This document shows positions 40,194-51,610 of a DNA stretch of 64,000 nucleotides, piece after piece. Source of the stretch: an uncultured Verrucomicrobiae bacterium (GTDB taxonomy: Bacteria > Verrucomicrobiota > Verrucomicrobiia > Chthoniobacterales > UBA10450); assembly GCA_963834385.1 (NCBI GenBank), contig CAWIBO010000005.1, positions 128,001 to 192,000 on the forward strand, written 5' to 3'. A program made the translations under genes and the position numbers. How positions within the stretch are numbered: the first letter of the stretch is position 1; every line of letters begins with the position of its first letter. The notes beneath the pieces were generated by a model that was given only the letters and a program-made list of their open reading frames with translations, did not search any database and was not told the DNA's origin.

Positions 40194-43075
40194 ATGCTGC
40201 GTCTTATCTTTTGCCTGATCCTGTTCGCCCTTCTTCCTTCCCGCCCGCGGCGAACAGTTGATCGGCGAAGGAAGCACCTGGCGATTTTACAAGGGGATGA
40301 CGACCCCTCCGTTGCAGGGGGCGCTCAACTGGACCATGACCGCCTACAACGATGGGCTGTGGGGCGGCCCTTCGCCGGGTGGGTTTGGCTATGGCGACGG
40401 CGACGATGCCACCACCTTCACGGACATGCAGAACAGCTACGGCTCCGTGTTTATCCGCCGCACCTTCACGGTGGTGGATGTTTCCCAGGTGACCCACCTG
40501 ACCCTCGCGGTCGATTATGATGACGGCTTTGTGGCCTACCTCAACGGCGTCGAGGTGGCCCGGCGCAACGTCATCGGCAACGCCATCCACTCCACCCAGG
40601 CCGCGGGCAACCACGAGGCCTCGCGCGGCGGCGACACCGCGGAGGAAAAGGAATTCATCACCATCGATCCCTCGATGCTGGTGAACGGGAACAACGTCCT
40701 CGCCCTTTCCGGGCATAACGTCTCCCTGAACAGTTCCGATTTCACCCTTATCCCCGAGCTTTACGCCAACGTCACCCTCGTGCGCGGGCCGATCCTGCAA
40801 ATGCCGTTGCCTGGCCAGATCAGCGTCACCTGGCGGACCGATGCGCTTACCAACAGCGCGGTCGATTACGGTTTCGACACCAACTACGCGGGCGGCACCG
40901 TCACGGACGGCGCACTCGTCCGGCAGCATGTCGTCACGTTGCCGTTGCTCACTCCCGGCGCCACCATTTTTTATCGTGTCCGCAGCGGCGGCGTCACCCT
41001 GGCGGAGAGCAGTTTTCGCTCGCCGCCGGGGGCCGCGCAGCCTTTCCGGTTCGTGGTTTACGGTGACTTCGGCTGGGGCGGTGGCGCGCCGGCGGTGCCC
41101 AATTCCAACACCGCCGCGGTCGCGCAGCGGGTGAACCTGGCCAACCCCGATCTCACCCTCACGGTGGGGGACAACATTTACGACAACGGCCAGCCGGGGA
41201 ACCACGATCCCTTCTGGTTTTTGCCTTACGATGCGATCAACCGGCGCGCCCCGCTCTTCCCGGCGCTGGGCAATCACGATGTGGCTAACCCGGGCAACGG
41301 CCAGCATTTCATCGACAGCTTTCACCTGCCCCTGAACGGCCCGGCCGGGTATCTCGAGCGGAGTTACTCGTTCGATTACGGCGACGTTCATTTCGCGGTG
41401 ATCGACGCGAATCCTTTCGTCTTCAAAGTCGACCCGACGGCGCAGGCGGCGATCAAGAGCTGGCTCGCGGCTGATCTCGCGGCCACCGCGCAACGCTGGA
41501 AGATCGTCCTGTTTCATCAGCCGGCTTACACCAGCAGCGGCGGCAGCGCGCACAGCCGCCGAGACGATCCTGCAGCAGGAAATCCAGCCGATCTGCGCGC
41601 AGTACGGCGTGCAGGTGGTTTTCCAGGGACACAACCATTTTTACGAGCGGATCAACCCGATCAATGGCGTGCATTACATCACCACCGGCATGGCCGGTCG
41701 CTCGGTTTATTCTCCCACCTCCATCGCCTCCTATTCCGCCTTCCGCGAAGGCGGTCTCTACGGTTTCACCCAGGTCGACGTGGCGGGCGGTCTGCTCACC
41801 CTGCGACAGGTGAGCGCCAGCGGCGCGCAGATCGATCTGCTCGAGATCGATCTCGAGCATCTGTTTCAGATTGATGGGCTGCTCGACTCCGCGTCCTGGC
41901 AGCGCGCCGGCACCAGCGGCATGCTCCGGCTCCATGCGGCCATCCGGGGGAACCATCTCTACCTCGCCACCCAGGACGCGGGCGAGGGAAGCGACCACTT
42001 CATTTACCTCGCCACGCAGATCGGCTCCGTGCAGCCGGCCAACTGGTCCAAGAGCGGGCAGGTCATGACCTGGAGCGCGTTTCTCGCCGACGAGAACGAC
42101 AACGGTTTTGTCGGCTGGTTCGATGCCGCGGGCGTGCGCCTCACGGAGAGTGTCGCCTATCGATCGCTCACCTCGGGGCTGAACAATAATGCGCCCCTCA
42201 ACAACGGCGTTCTCGAAGGCACGATCAACCTCGCGGCCCACCTCGGGAGTTTCCCCGCGCAGATCTACGTGGCCGCCGCCCCCTTCGGCACCGCCGATAA
42301 CGGCACCCTCGTCGCCAGCGCGCAGGTTCCCGCGGGCAATGGCAACGGGAATATTGAAGCCTCCGAGTTCCTTCTTCTCCAGACCCGCGATCTTGCCCTC
42401 GATCTGCCGGTGAGCGACGCCGGCCCCGACCAGCAGGCGGAAGCCGGCATGACCGTGGCGCTCAGCGGCGCCGGCTCCCTCTCGCCCAGCGGCTTTCCGC
42501 TCGCTTACTCATGGACGCAGCTATCAGGGCCATCGGTCACGATCGACGCGGCCGATATGTCATCTGCGACGGTGGTCTCCGGTCAGGTTGGCACGCCGAT
42601 GGATGTGGTGGTGCGTCTGCGCGTGAACGACACCCGCTTCGACGCGGATGATACCGCCACCATCTCGCTTTCTCCGATGGTGGACAGCGATGGCGACGGA
42701 CTCTCGGATGCGGAGGAGACGACCGGCCAGAACAACTCGTTGACCCCGGCGAATCCCGGGGGCGTGACCAGCGATCCGAACCTGTTCGACACGGATGGCG
42801 ATGGCGCCGGTGACGGGGCTGAAGCAATGGCCGGGACCGATCCGCGCAGCGCGAGCTCGCTCTTGAAGGTGAGTGGCTTTACGCGCGACGGCACCGGCAT
42901 CGTCGTGACATGGAAGAGCGTGCCCGGGAAGCGTTATCAACTGGAACGGGCGGTTGACGCGACCTTTGCCTGGGAATCGGTCGGCGCGGTCGTGACCGCC
43001 ACCGCGGTCGAGACTATCGCGACCGACGTCCCAGTGGGCGGAACGGTCTTTTATCGGGTGCGGCTGGTTCCGTAA
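40194..43075 (+). CDS. Secreted purple-acid-phosphatase-like metallophosphoesterase with accessory domains (indels near 40245 and 41555)
   Basis: Signal peptide, DYDDGFVAYLNG beta domain, metallophosphoesterase GD.G / GDNIY / LGNHD / FH / GHNHFYER, PKD-like DAGPDQ..YSWTQLSGP, DxDGDG repeats, FYRV end. Confidence 0.87.
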
Positions 43076-43084
43076 GGCACTGGA

Positions 43085-44035
43085 TCAGGCGCTCTGCATC
43101 AGGCGCTTGATCATGTCTTCCGCGGTGACAATGCCGACCAGTTTACGGCGCCGGTCCACCACCGCGGCCAGGCTCAGGCGCGCCGCCCGCAGCCGCCGGA
43201 TGACGCGATAGGCCGCCTCGTCTTCCTGCGCCGTGATGAGTCGGCGCATGTGCCGGCTCAGGTGCTCGGACCGGTTCGGATCGAAAAGCACGTCGAGAAC
43301 CGTGACCAGGGCCACCGCCTCCCCCTTTTCGGAAATCACGGGCAGCCGTTCCACGTCGCGCCGCCGGCTCAACTCGAGCACTTCGCGCACGGGCGTCTGC
43401 GGGCGGACCGAGATGACGTCGGCCAGCGCGACCATGACGTCGCGCACTTTCACCCCGGTGAAGTCGACCACGTTCTGGATCATTTTGCGCTCGGTCGCGG
43501 TGAGCACGCCTTCCCGTTCGCTCTGCTCGGCGATCTGCTTCAATTCCTCGCGCGCGGCAAAAAGCCGGGGCGCTTCCTCCAGCCGACGCGGCAGCATCAG
43601 CCGGCCGATGCGCGCGCCGAGATAGAGAATCGGCCAAAGCAGCCATTCGGTCGTCTCAAGCACACCGGCCAGGCGCGAAAGCGAAACAACCGAGAGGCGG
43701 CGGAAGATGTCTTTCGGCAGAACCGAGAGGAAAAAGAGGTAGATCGGGAGCGAAACGGCAACGCTGAGCAGAAAACCGGGGTTGCCGTAGGCCCGCACCA
43801 GCAGCGCCGTCAGCGTCATGAGCGCGACGATGTTCGCCATGTTCGTGACCAGGAGCACGGTCACGAGCAGTCGCTCCGGATGGCGCAACAGTCGCTCGAG
43901 GCGCTGCGCGCGCCGCCGTTTCTGTTTCACCAGGGCGCGTAACCGCACCGGGTCGATCGAGAGCAGACCCGCCTCGATTCCCGAGAAAAGGAACGAGACC
44001 GCCCAGCAACCGCCGATCAGGGCCCACCACATCAT
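43085..44035 (-). CDS. CNNM (DUF21) + CBS domain membrane protein
   Basis: FSGIEAGL, LLVTNMAN, CBS pair VRDVM..GIVTAED. Confidence 0.88.
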   Translation of the reverse strand: MMWWALIGGCWAVSFLFSGIEAGLLSIDPVRLRALVKQKRRRAQRLERLLRHPERLLVTVLLVTNMANIVALMTLTALLVRAYGNPGFLLSVAVSLPIYLFFLSVLPKDIFRRLSVVSLSRLAGVLETTEWLLWPILYLGARIGRLMLPRRLEEAPRLFAAREELKQIAEQSEREGVLTATERKMIQNVVDFTGVKVRDVMVALADVISVRPQTPVREVLELSRRRDVERLPVISEKGEAVALVTVLDVLFDPNRSEHLSRHMRRLITAQEDEAAYRVIRRLRAARLSLAAVVDRRRKLVGIVTAEDMIKRLMQSA

Positions 44036-45321
44036 GACCCGATCTCCTCCTCCGGCTCGTGCTCCCGCGGCGCCGTGGCAAAGGTTGTTTTCTCCAGGAG
44101 CAATTCCTCGATCCGTTTGCGCCCGGCTTTGCGCACCGTGATCGTCAGCAAGGGCAGATCGAAACGCGCTCCCGAGCCGGGCAGATAGCCGAGACGATTG
44201 AAAACGTAGCCGCCGATGGTGTCGATCCCGTTGCCTTCCAGCTCGAACCCAAGATGCTCCCGCAGGTCGTCCAGGCGCGCGTCGCCGCTCACCAGAAATT
44301 TCCCGCCCTCCAGCGGCTCAATATAAAGATCGGCGTCGCCCAGCGGCGCGGCATCGCTCAGGATTTCTTCGAAAATATCGGAGAGGGTGATGATCCCCTC
44401 CATGCCGCCGAATTCGTCCACGACCACGGCCAGCCGCTGCGGGTGGGAAAGAAATTGACGCAACAAATCCATCGCGCGCATCGTTTCCGGGACAAAGGAA
44501 GGCGGCAAAAGCGTCTCGGTGTAATGCTCGGCCGGGTCGAGCAGGAACCGTTTCACATCGATGATGCCGACGATGTCGTCCGGGGTATCGCCGTAGACCG
44601 GCACGCGCCGGTGCCGCCGGTCGCGGATCTGCGCGATGGCCTCCTCGTTGCTCAGGTCGTCGGGGAGCGAAAAGGTGTCGACCCGCGGCGTCATGCAATC
44701 CTTGGCGGTTTTGTCACCCAGCTTGATGATCTCCTGGATCATTTCGCCCTCGGCTTCCTGGAGCGAACCCTGTTCCTCCCCGATCTCGACCAGCGTCTCC
44801 AGTTCCTCGTCACTCAGGCCGTCGCGTACGTCGATGCCGGCGGGCCGGAACCGGTTGACGATGCCGCTGCTGATCCATTCCAGGGCGTCGCCCACCGGGC
44901 CGAGCAGTGGCATGAGCAGACGCAGCGTGATGACGCCGATGGCGGAGAGCCGGTAGGTCGCTGAAAGCGCCAGCACCTTGGGGATGAGGTCGCAGACCAG
45001 CGCGAGGACCGCGAATATGGCCAAAGCCGCGAGCCAGCCGGGAATCATGGCGACGAGCGGCGTTTTCCAGACAAGGACGAGGCAGAGCACGACCAGCGGG
45101 ACGTTCACAACCACGTCGCCGAGGAGAAGGACGTTCAGGACGCGCCGCGGATTTTCGCGGAAAGCGACAATGAAATGGGCCAGTGAGGGATGCTGCCGCT
45201 CCAGCCGCTGCATCTGGTGCGGCTTGAGCGAAAAAAGCGCGGTTTCCAGCCCGGAGAAAAGCGCGGAGCAACCCACCAATCCTGCGATAAGAACAAGGAG
45301 AAGCGCGAGTTCCGCCGTCAT
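44032..45321 (-). CDS. Hemolysin/CorC-like CNNM-CBS-CorC_HlyC protein
   Basis: FSGLETALFSL, IPK, MTPRVD, VVDEFGGMEGIITLSDI, DTIGGYVF..LGYLP. Confidence 0.9.
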   Translation of the reverse strand: MTAELALLLVLIAGLVGCSALFSGLETALFSLKPHQMQRLERQHPSLAHFIVAFRENPRRVLNVLLLGDVVVNVPLVVLCLVLVWKTPLVAMIPGWLAALAIFAVLALVCDLIPKVLALSATYRLSAIGVITLRLLMPLLGPVGDALEWISSGIVNRFRPAGIDVRDGLSDEELETLVEIGEEQGSLQEAEGEMIQEIIKLGDKTAKDCMTPRVDTFSLPDDLSNEEAIAQIRDRRHRRVPVYGDTPDDIVGIIDVKRFLLDPAEHYTETLLPPSFVPETMRAMDLLRQFLSHPQRLAVVVDEFGGMEGIITLSDIFEEILSDAAPLGDADLYIEPLEGGKFLVSGDARLDDLREHLGFELEGNGIDTIGGYVFNRLGYLPGSGARFDLPLLTITVRKAGRKRIEELLLEKTTFATAPREHEPEEEIGS

Positions 45322-45412
45322 CCCGCCCTGCGGAATGCCCGCAAGTCCTCCTCCCGACTGGTCTGACGCGATGGTTTGCCCCTCATTGAAGCCATACGAT
45401 GGTAAGGGTTCC

Positions 45413-45883
45413 ATGAGCAAAGGCGAGAGGATTTCGGAATTCGTGGCGGGGCTCGGCGAAGGGGAGGCTTCCCTGACCGCCGAGATCACGCGCAATGCCT
45501 TCTATCTCTCCTTCTTCCGCTGCTGGAACGAGCAGCGCTACTACGAGGCGCACGACGTCCTCGAGCATCTCTGGCTCGGGACGAATCTCGACGACGCCAT
45601 CTTCTTCAAGGGCCTCATCCAGGCCGCGGGCGCTTTCGTCCACCTGCAAAAACAGTGGCAGCACCCCGACCACCCGAAACATGGCCGGCGTCTCCCGCCC
45701 GCCTCGCGCCTTTTCGCCCTGGCCGCGCGCAACCTTGATCCCTTCCAGCCGCGGCACCACGGCCTCGATGTCGCCGGCTTGTGCCAGTTGCTCCGTGCTC
45801 AGGAGCGCCTGCTCGTCGATTCCGCCTTCACCGTAAATCCATGGTCGCCCCAGACCGCCCCGACGCTCACAGTGACGGAATGA
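45413..45883 (+). CDS. DUF309 family protein
   Basis: [28 protein letters not shown]. Confidence 0.85.
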   Translation: MSKGERISEFVAGLGEGEASLTAEITRNAFYLSFFRCWNEQRYYEAHDVLEHLWLGTNLDDAIFFKGLIQAAGAFVHLQKQWQHPDHPKHGRRLPPASRLFALAARNLDPFQPRHHGLDVAGLCQLLRAQERLLVDSAFTVNPWSPQTAPTLTVTE

Positions 45884-48042
45884 GTCGTATGGGAAACAAA
45901 CTCGCCGGGGAAAAATCGCCCTACCTCCTGCAGCACGCCGATAACCCGGTCCACTGGGAACCGTGGGGCGAGGAGGCCTTCGCCCGCGCCCGCCGCGAGA
46001 ACAAGCCGATCTTCCTCTCGATCGGCTATTCCACCTGCCATTGGTGCCACGTCATGGCGCACGAATCCTTCGAGAACCCCGCCATCGCCGAGATCATGAA
46101 CCGCGAGTTCGTGAACATCAAAATGGACCGGGAAGAGCGCCCCGATATCGACCGCGTCTACATGACCTTCGTCCAGGCCACCACCGGCCACGGCGGCTGG
46201 CCGATGAGCGTCTGGCTGACCCCGGAGCTGAAGCCGTTCGTCGGTGGCACTTATTTTCCGCCGGAAGAGCGGCACGGTCAGCCCGGTTTTCCCAAGGTGC
46301 TCCAGCGCGTCGCCCATGCCTGGAAAGAGAACGGCGCCAGGATTGCCGAGCAGGGCGACCGGATCATTGAGGCGTTGCGCGAGTCAGCCGCGAGCGTCGA
46401 GGACGCGAATGGCCCGGTGGGAGCCACAGCCGCGCAGGCCGGATACGAGCAGTTTGCCCGCAGCTTCGACGCGCAGGAAGGCGGGTTCGGCAGCGCGCCC
46501 AAATTTCCCCGCCCGGTCACGCTGAATTTTCTTCTGCGCTATCACCTGCGTCACCAAAACGATTCTTCCGGGAAGCAGGCCCTCGACATGGTTCTCTTTA
46601 CCCTGCGCAAGATGGCCGCCGGCGGCATGCACGATCATCTCGGCGGCGGTTTTCATCGCTACTCGGTCGACGCCTTCTGGCACGTGCCGCACTTCGAGAA
46701 AATGCTCTACGACCAGGCGCAGCTCGCCTCGGCCTACCTCGACGCCTTTCAACTGACGCGGCAGCCGCTCTTCGAGAACGTGGCCCGCGACACCCTCGAC
46801 TATGTCCGGCGCGACCTGACCGCACCCGACGGCGGATTTTATTCCGCGGAGGATGCCGACAGCGAAGTGAACGGAGGCGGGGTCTCTAACCCCGCAGCCG
46901 GGTTGCAAACCCGGCCTCCGAAGGCGGAGGGCGCTTTCTACGTCTGGACGAAGCAGGAAATTGAAAGCGCGCTCGGATCGGACGCGGAGATTTTCAATTA
47001 CCACTACGGCGTGGAAGCAGACGGCAACGCCCCGGCCGGGACCGATCCGCACGGCGAATTCACCGGCAAAAATATTTTGCTCAAGCGTCATACCCTGGGA
47101 CAGACCGGGCAGCACTTCGGTAAAACGGAGGCGGAGATTGCGGAGAAGCTCGAAGCGGCGCGTGAGAAACTTCTCGCCGTCCGCAGCGGACGGCCGCGGC
47201 CGCACTTGGACGACAAGATTATCACGGCCTGGAACGGGCTCATGATCTCGGCCTTTGCCCGTGGCGCGCAGGTTTTGGGAGACCCCGATTACCTCCACAG
47301 CGCCACCCGCGCCGCCGATTTCATCCGGCAGAATCTTTATTCTCCCGCGACCGGGCGGCTCATCCGGAATTTCCGGGACGGGGCGTCGAAGACCGAGGGC
47401 TTTGCCGAGGATTATGCGTTCCTGATCCAGGGGCTGCTTGATCTCTACGAGGCCTCGTTCGAGATCGGGTGGCTCCAGTGGGCGCTTAAATTGCAGGAAA
47501 CGCAGGACAACCTTTTCTTCGACGAGAAGAACGGCGGCTATTTCACCACCACCGGGCAGGACGCGAGCGTGCTCCTGCGGATGAAGGAAGACCACGACAG
47601 CGCGGAGCCGGCGCCCAGCTCGGTCGCCGCGAGAAACCTGTGGCGCCTGGCGCAGATACGCAGCGATGACGCGCTGCGCGCGCGGGCGGAGAAAACCATG
47701 GGCGCCTTTGCCGGCGTCCTGACGCGCATCCCGAGCGCAATGCCCGAGATGCTGGCGGCAGCGTTGCCGGCCGAGGGCAAACCAAGGCAGATCGTTCTCG
47801 CGGGGGAACGGGAGGCGGAAGAAACGACAGAGCTTGCGGCCGAGGTGCACCGGCATTTTTTGCCGGAGAAAGTTCTGCTCCTCGCCGATGGCGCGGAGGG
47901 CCAGAAATTTCTCGAGGAAAAACTTCCGGCGCTTCGTGAAATGCGGAAGATCGAGGGCAAAGCCACCGCCTACGTCTGCGAAAACTTCGCCTGCCAGGTT
48001 CCGGTGACCGATTCCGGGAAGCTGCGCGCCCTTCTCTCCTGA
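45880..48042 (+). CDS. Thioredoxin-domain YyaL/SSP411-like protein
   Basis: [67 protein letters not shown]. Confidence 0.93.
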   Translation: MSRMGNKLAGEKSPYLLQHADNPVHWEPWGEEAFARARRENKPIFLSIGYSTCHWCHVMAHESFENPAIAEIMNREFVNIKMDREERPDIDRVYMTFVQATTGHGGWPMSVWLTPELKPFVGGTYFPPEERHGQPGFPKVLQRVAHAWKENGARIAEQGDRIIEALRESAASVEDANGPVGATAAQAGYEQFARSFDAQEGGFGSAPKFPRPVTLNFLLRYHLRHQNDSSGKQALDMVLFTLRKMAAGGMHDHLGGGFHRYSVDAFWHVPHFEKMLYDQAQLASAYLDAFQLTRQPLFENVARDTLDYVRRDLTAPDGGFYSAEDADSEVNGGGVSNPAAGLQTRPPKAEGAFYVWTKQEIESALGSDAEIFNYHYGVEADGNAPAGTDPHGEFTGKNILLKRHTLGQTGQHFGKTEAEIAEKLEAAREKLLAVRSGRPRPHLDDKIITAWNGLMISAFARGAQVLGDPDYLHSATRAADFIRQNLYSPATGRLIRNFRDGASKTEGFAEDYAFLIQGLLDLYEASFEIGWLQWALKLQETQDNLFFDEKNGGYFTTTGQDASVLLRMKEDHDSAEPAPSSVAARNLWRLAQIRSDDALRARAEKTMGAFAGVLTRIPSAMPEMLAAALPAEGKPRQIVLAGEREAEETTELAAEVHRHFLPEKVLLLADGAEGQKFLEEKLPALREMRKIEGKATAYVCENFACQVPVTDSGKLRALLS
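46872..46920. repeat. Palindromic REP-like doublet inside the YyaL-like gene
   Basis: CGGAGGCGGGGTCTCTAACCCCGC-A-GCCGGGTTGCAAACCCGGCCTCCG. Two hairpins that are near-inverted copies of each other. Confidence 0.75.
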
Positions 48043-48100
48043 CCTTAACGTCCCGGGCCGAACTGGTTGCCCTCCACGTTCACGCCTGCTTCAGTGCCTG

Positions 48101-50042
48101 ATGCATCTCCGGCGCCTTCTCCCGCTCGCTCTCCTGGCCGTCCTTACCCCGCCTCTCTACGCGCAGTATCCCGAAAATCTCGTGGTGGAGAATGTCCCGG
48201 CGATTCCGCCGGAGGTCCGCGAGAAGGCGGAGCGCTATCTCGAGTTCCGCTCGGCCGGATTCAACAGCTGGCACCCGGTCCGCCGGGAAATGCTCGTCAC
48301 CACCCGCTTCGCCGAGACCAACCAGCTTCACCTGGTCAGGATGCCGCTGGGCGCGCGAACCCAGCTTACGTTCCGGCCCGAGCCGGTGCCGGGCGGCGCT
48401 TTCCAGCCGAAAACCGGCGATCTCATTCTTTTCGTCCAGGATGTCGGCGGCGGTGAATTTTATCAGATCTTTCGCTACGATGTGGCCGACGGCAGCATCA
48501 CCCTGCTGACCGACGGGAAATCGCGCAATATCGCGGCGGCCTGGGCAAAAAGCGGGAAATGGTTCGCCTATTCCTCCACGCGCCGCAACGGCACGGACAC
48601 CGACATTTATGTGCAGGACCCGCGCGACCCGAAGAGCGCCCGACTGCTGCTCGAGGTGAAGGGGGGCGGTTGGTCGGTGGCCGACACGTCCCACGACGAC
48701 AGCAAACTTCTGGTCGGCGAATACGTCTCGATCAACGAAAGCTATTTTTATCTGGTCGATGTGAAGACGGGGACAAAGGAACTGCTCACGCCCAAGGGCG
48801 GCGCGGAGAAGATCGCCTACGGCGAGGCCCGGTTCGCCCCGGACGGCAAAACCATCTACGTCACCACGGACAAAGGCTCCGATTTCCAGCGCCTGGTGGC
48901 GATCGATCTGGCCTCGAAAAAGGAAACGGTCCTGACCAAGGACATTCCCTGGAACGTGGAAAGTTTCGATGTCTCGAGCGACGGCGCGACCATTGCCTTC
49001 AGTTCCAATGAAGCGGGCCGAAGCGTCCTGCATTTGATCGACGCCGCCACCGGCACGGAGAAGAAGGCGCCGGCCCTGCCGCATGGGGTCATCGGCGGCC
49101 TCGAGTTTCACCCAAATGGCAAGGAGCTCGGCTTCAGCCTCACAAGCGCCCGTTCGCCCAACGACGCTTATTCCGTCGACCTGGCCAGCGGCGTCCTGAC
49201 CCGCTGGACGGAAAGCGAGACCAGCGGATTGAACGCCGAGAAGTTCATCGAACCGGAGCTGATCAAGATCAAAAGCTTCGATGGCCTCGAGATCTCCGGG
49301 TTTCTTTACCGGCCGGACCCCGCAAAGTTCCCCGGGAAACGTCCGCTCCTCTTCAACATCCATGGCGGCCCCGAGGCGCAGTTCCGCCCCGGTTTCCTCG
49401 CCCGGACGAACTTTTATCTCAACGAGATGGGCGTCGCCATCTTCTTCCCGAACGTCCGCGGGTCGGATGGTTACGGAAAAAAATTCCTCACCCTCGATAA
49501 CGATTACAAACGCGAGGACAGCGTGAAGGACCTGGGGGCGTTCATCGAATGGGCCCGAAACAACCCGGCGCTCGATCCCGAGCGCATCGCCCTGACCGGT
49601 GGCAGTTACGGCGGTTACATGGTCCTGGCCGGCATGGTGCATTACAACGACCGGGTCCGTTGCGCGCATCGACATCGTCGGCATCTCGAACTTCAACACT
49701 TTCCTGAAAAACACCCAGGATTACCGGCGCGACCTGCGCCGGGTCGAATACGGCGACGAGCGGGATGAGAAGATGCACGCGTTCCTCGAGAGCATTTCAC
49801 CGCTCAACAACGTGAAGAAGATCAGCAAGCCGCTCTTCGTCGTGCAGGGAAAGAACGATCCGCGCGTGCCCGTGACCGAGGCGGAGCAGATCGCGAAAGC
49901 CGTGCGCGAAAACGGCGGCGAGGTCTGGTATATGATGGCCACGGACGAGGGGCACGGTTTCCAGAAGAAGAAAAATGTCGACGCCCTCTTTTTTGCGACC
50001 ATTCTCTTCCTCGAGCAGCACCTGGCCGGCAGCAAAGGCTGA
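48101..50042 (+). CDS. S9 family peptidase (beta-propeller + hydrolase; frameshift near 49665)
   Basis: Signal peptide, IHGGPEAQ, PNVRGSDGYG, GGSYGG, QGKNDPRVP, DEGHGF. Confidence 0.92.
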
Positions 50043-50070
50043 GGCCCGGGGCAACACGGAGAACCTCACC

Positions 50071-50346
50071 ATGCCCAAATTCGTTATTGAACGGAATCTG
50101 CCCGGCGCGGGCAAACTCTCGGCCGCCGAGCTGCACGATATCTCGCGCAAATCCTGTGACGTCCTGAACGAAATGGGACCCGAGATCCAGTGGGTCCAGA
50201 GCTTTGTCACGGACGACCGGATCTATTGCATCTACGTGGCGCCCGATGAAAAACTCGTGCGCGACCACGCCGAGAAGGGCGGGTTCCCGGCCGACCGCAT
50301 CTCGCGGGTCACGCAAGTCATCGATCCGACCACCGCCGAGGGCTGA
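50071..50346 (+). CDS. DUF4242 family small protein
   Basis: MPKFVIER.LPGAG, IQWVQSFVT.D.IYCIY.AP, HA..GGFPAD.IS.V...IDP.TAE. Confidence 0.85.
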   Translation: MPKFVIERNLPGAGKLSAAELHDISRKSCDVLNEMGPEIQWVQSFVTDDRIYCIYVAPDEKLVRDHAEKGGFPADRISRVTQVIDPTTAEG

Positions 50347-50400
50347 GACGGCTGTTTGGCCACGGACCGCGGTGCGCTGTCCGGTCAGCTCCCTGTCAGT

Positions 50401-51117
50401 CTAAAGATCGGCGCGTGGCGCGGGGAGGCGCCGCCGGCGCAGGCGCATCCAGTTGTTCCAGGTTTTGCGCAGGCTGTCCCGCGCGGTGATGTAGCGCTGG
50501 TTGAGCTCGGCGCCCTTCACGATGCCTTCCAGGATCCCTTTCACCGAGAGCTCGGTGGTATCGACGATGGTGTAGGCCGTGCCGATGGCGGCGGCATGAT
50601 GCGCGTCGCTTGCCGCGGTCATGGGCAGCTTGCGCAGGAGGGCATACTTGTAGGCAAACCGGTTGTAACGCCGGAGGGTGGTGGCGGCGTTGAACACTTC
50701 CAGGGCGTCGATCGGCAGGGTCTCGAGCACGCTCGGGCGGATCCCGGCCCGGAAAAGATCGTAGGGATGCGGCGGAATGGCGAGCCCGCCCTGGGCATGA
50801 ATGATCTCGCAGACCTCGCGCGCGGGCCGGCCTTTAAGCTTCGGCGCCTCGGGCAGCTTCGCGCCCACGCAGAGCAGGTGACCTTCCTGCGTCGTCACTT
50901 CCACCCCGGGCAAAATAAGAAAATCGTTCACCGGCTGGCCATCCTCCCGCATGAACCCTTTCTCGAGCATGTAATCGACCGCTTCACAGGTGTTATGGTC
51001 CGTGATGGCGAAGCCATGAATGCCTTTCACCTTGGCCGCGCTGATCAGCTCCTCCGGGCTGGAGACGCCGTCCCCCGAGAAAAACGAATGGCAATGCAGA
51101 TCAATATTAAACGCCAC
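50401..51117 (-). CDS. PHP-domain phosphoesterase
   Basis: IDLHCHS..S.DG, AITDHN, PGVEVTT..GH, PHP, ASDAH. Confidence 0.9.
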   Translation of the reverse strand: MAFNIDLHCHSFFSGDGVSSPEELISAAKVKGIHGFAITDHNTCEAVDYMLEKGFMREDGQPVNDFLILPGVEVTTQEGHLLCVGAKLPEAPKLKGRPAREVCEIIHAQGGLAIPPHPYDLFRAGIRPSVLETLPIDALEVFNAATTLRRYNRFAYKYALLRKLPMTAASDAHHAAAIGTAYTIVDTTELSVKGILEGIVKGAELNQRYITARDSLRKTWNNWMRLRRRRLPAPRADL

Positions 51118-51207
51118 GAGGCGGAGACTAGTTTGACCGGCCAGCCATGGAAAGCATCCGTTTCAGGCGGCTCAGCGCGACCTCCGGGCGCCGTGATTCG
51201 TCGCACC

Positions 51208-51317
51208 GCGCTGTAGCGTGCGCCGTCCCCGGCGCATTCCTTCGAAGCGTGAATCGTAAATCGTAAATGGTGAATCGTCAGAAGCCGATCCGCTGAGGAC
51301 AACGGACGCTACAGTGC
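51208..51317. repeat. Inverted GTAG REP doublet enclosing a heptamer array
   Basis: CTGTAGCGTGCGCCGTCCCCGGCGCA ... TCCGCTGAGGACAACGGACGCTACAG, with inner CGTGAAT CGTAAAT CGTAAAT GGTGAAT. Confidence 0.85.
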
Positions 51318-51413
51318 GTGATATCCGGGTATTGGGCGGACTGGGTGAGGCGAGGGGGAGAGGAACTTTTCGGGCTGGTGGACGCAAAGGGGGAAGCCAT
51401 CTGATCAAGACGT

Positions 51414-51581
51414 TTGCGGGGTCCTTCGCTTTGCTCAGGATGACGGAGGGGCGTGGCGGGGCGTTCCTTAATCTGTGTTAATCTGTGAAATCTGCGGACT
51501 TCTTTTGCTGGTTTTACCGCCGGGCTTCTGAGGCTTCGCTGGTTGGTTGGTTGCGGGGTCCTTCGCTTTGCTCAGGATGAC
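51414..51581. repeat. 31-bp perfect direct repeat pair flanking a CAGATT triplet
   Basis: TTGCGGGGTCCTTCGCTTTGCTCAGGATGAC at 51414..51444 and 51551..51581. An inverted CAGATT triplet lies at 51468..51499. Confidence 0.92.
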
Positions 51582-51610
51582 CGGGGAGGGGATTAGGATT
51601 AAGAGTAGGA

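Noticed and set aside
51414..51581. 31-bp direct repeats as a CRISPR array
   Set aside because: Only two copies, a 106-bp spacer that itself contains another repeat, and no cas genes in the window.
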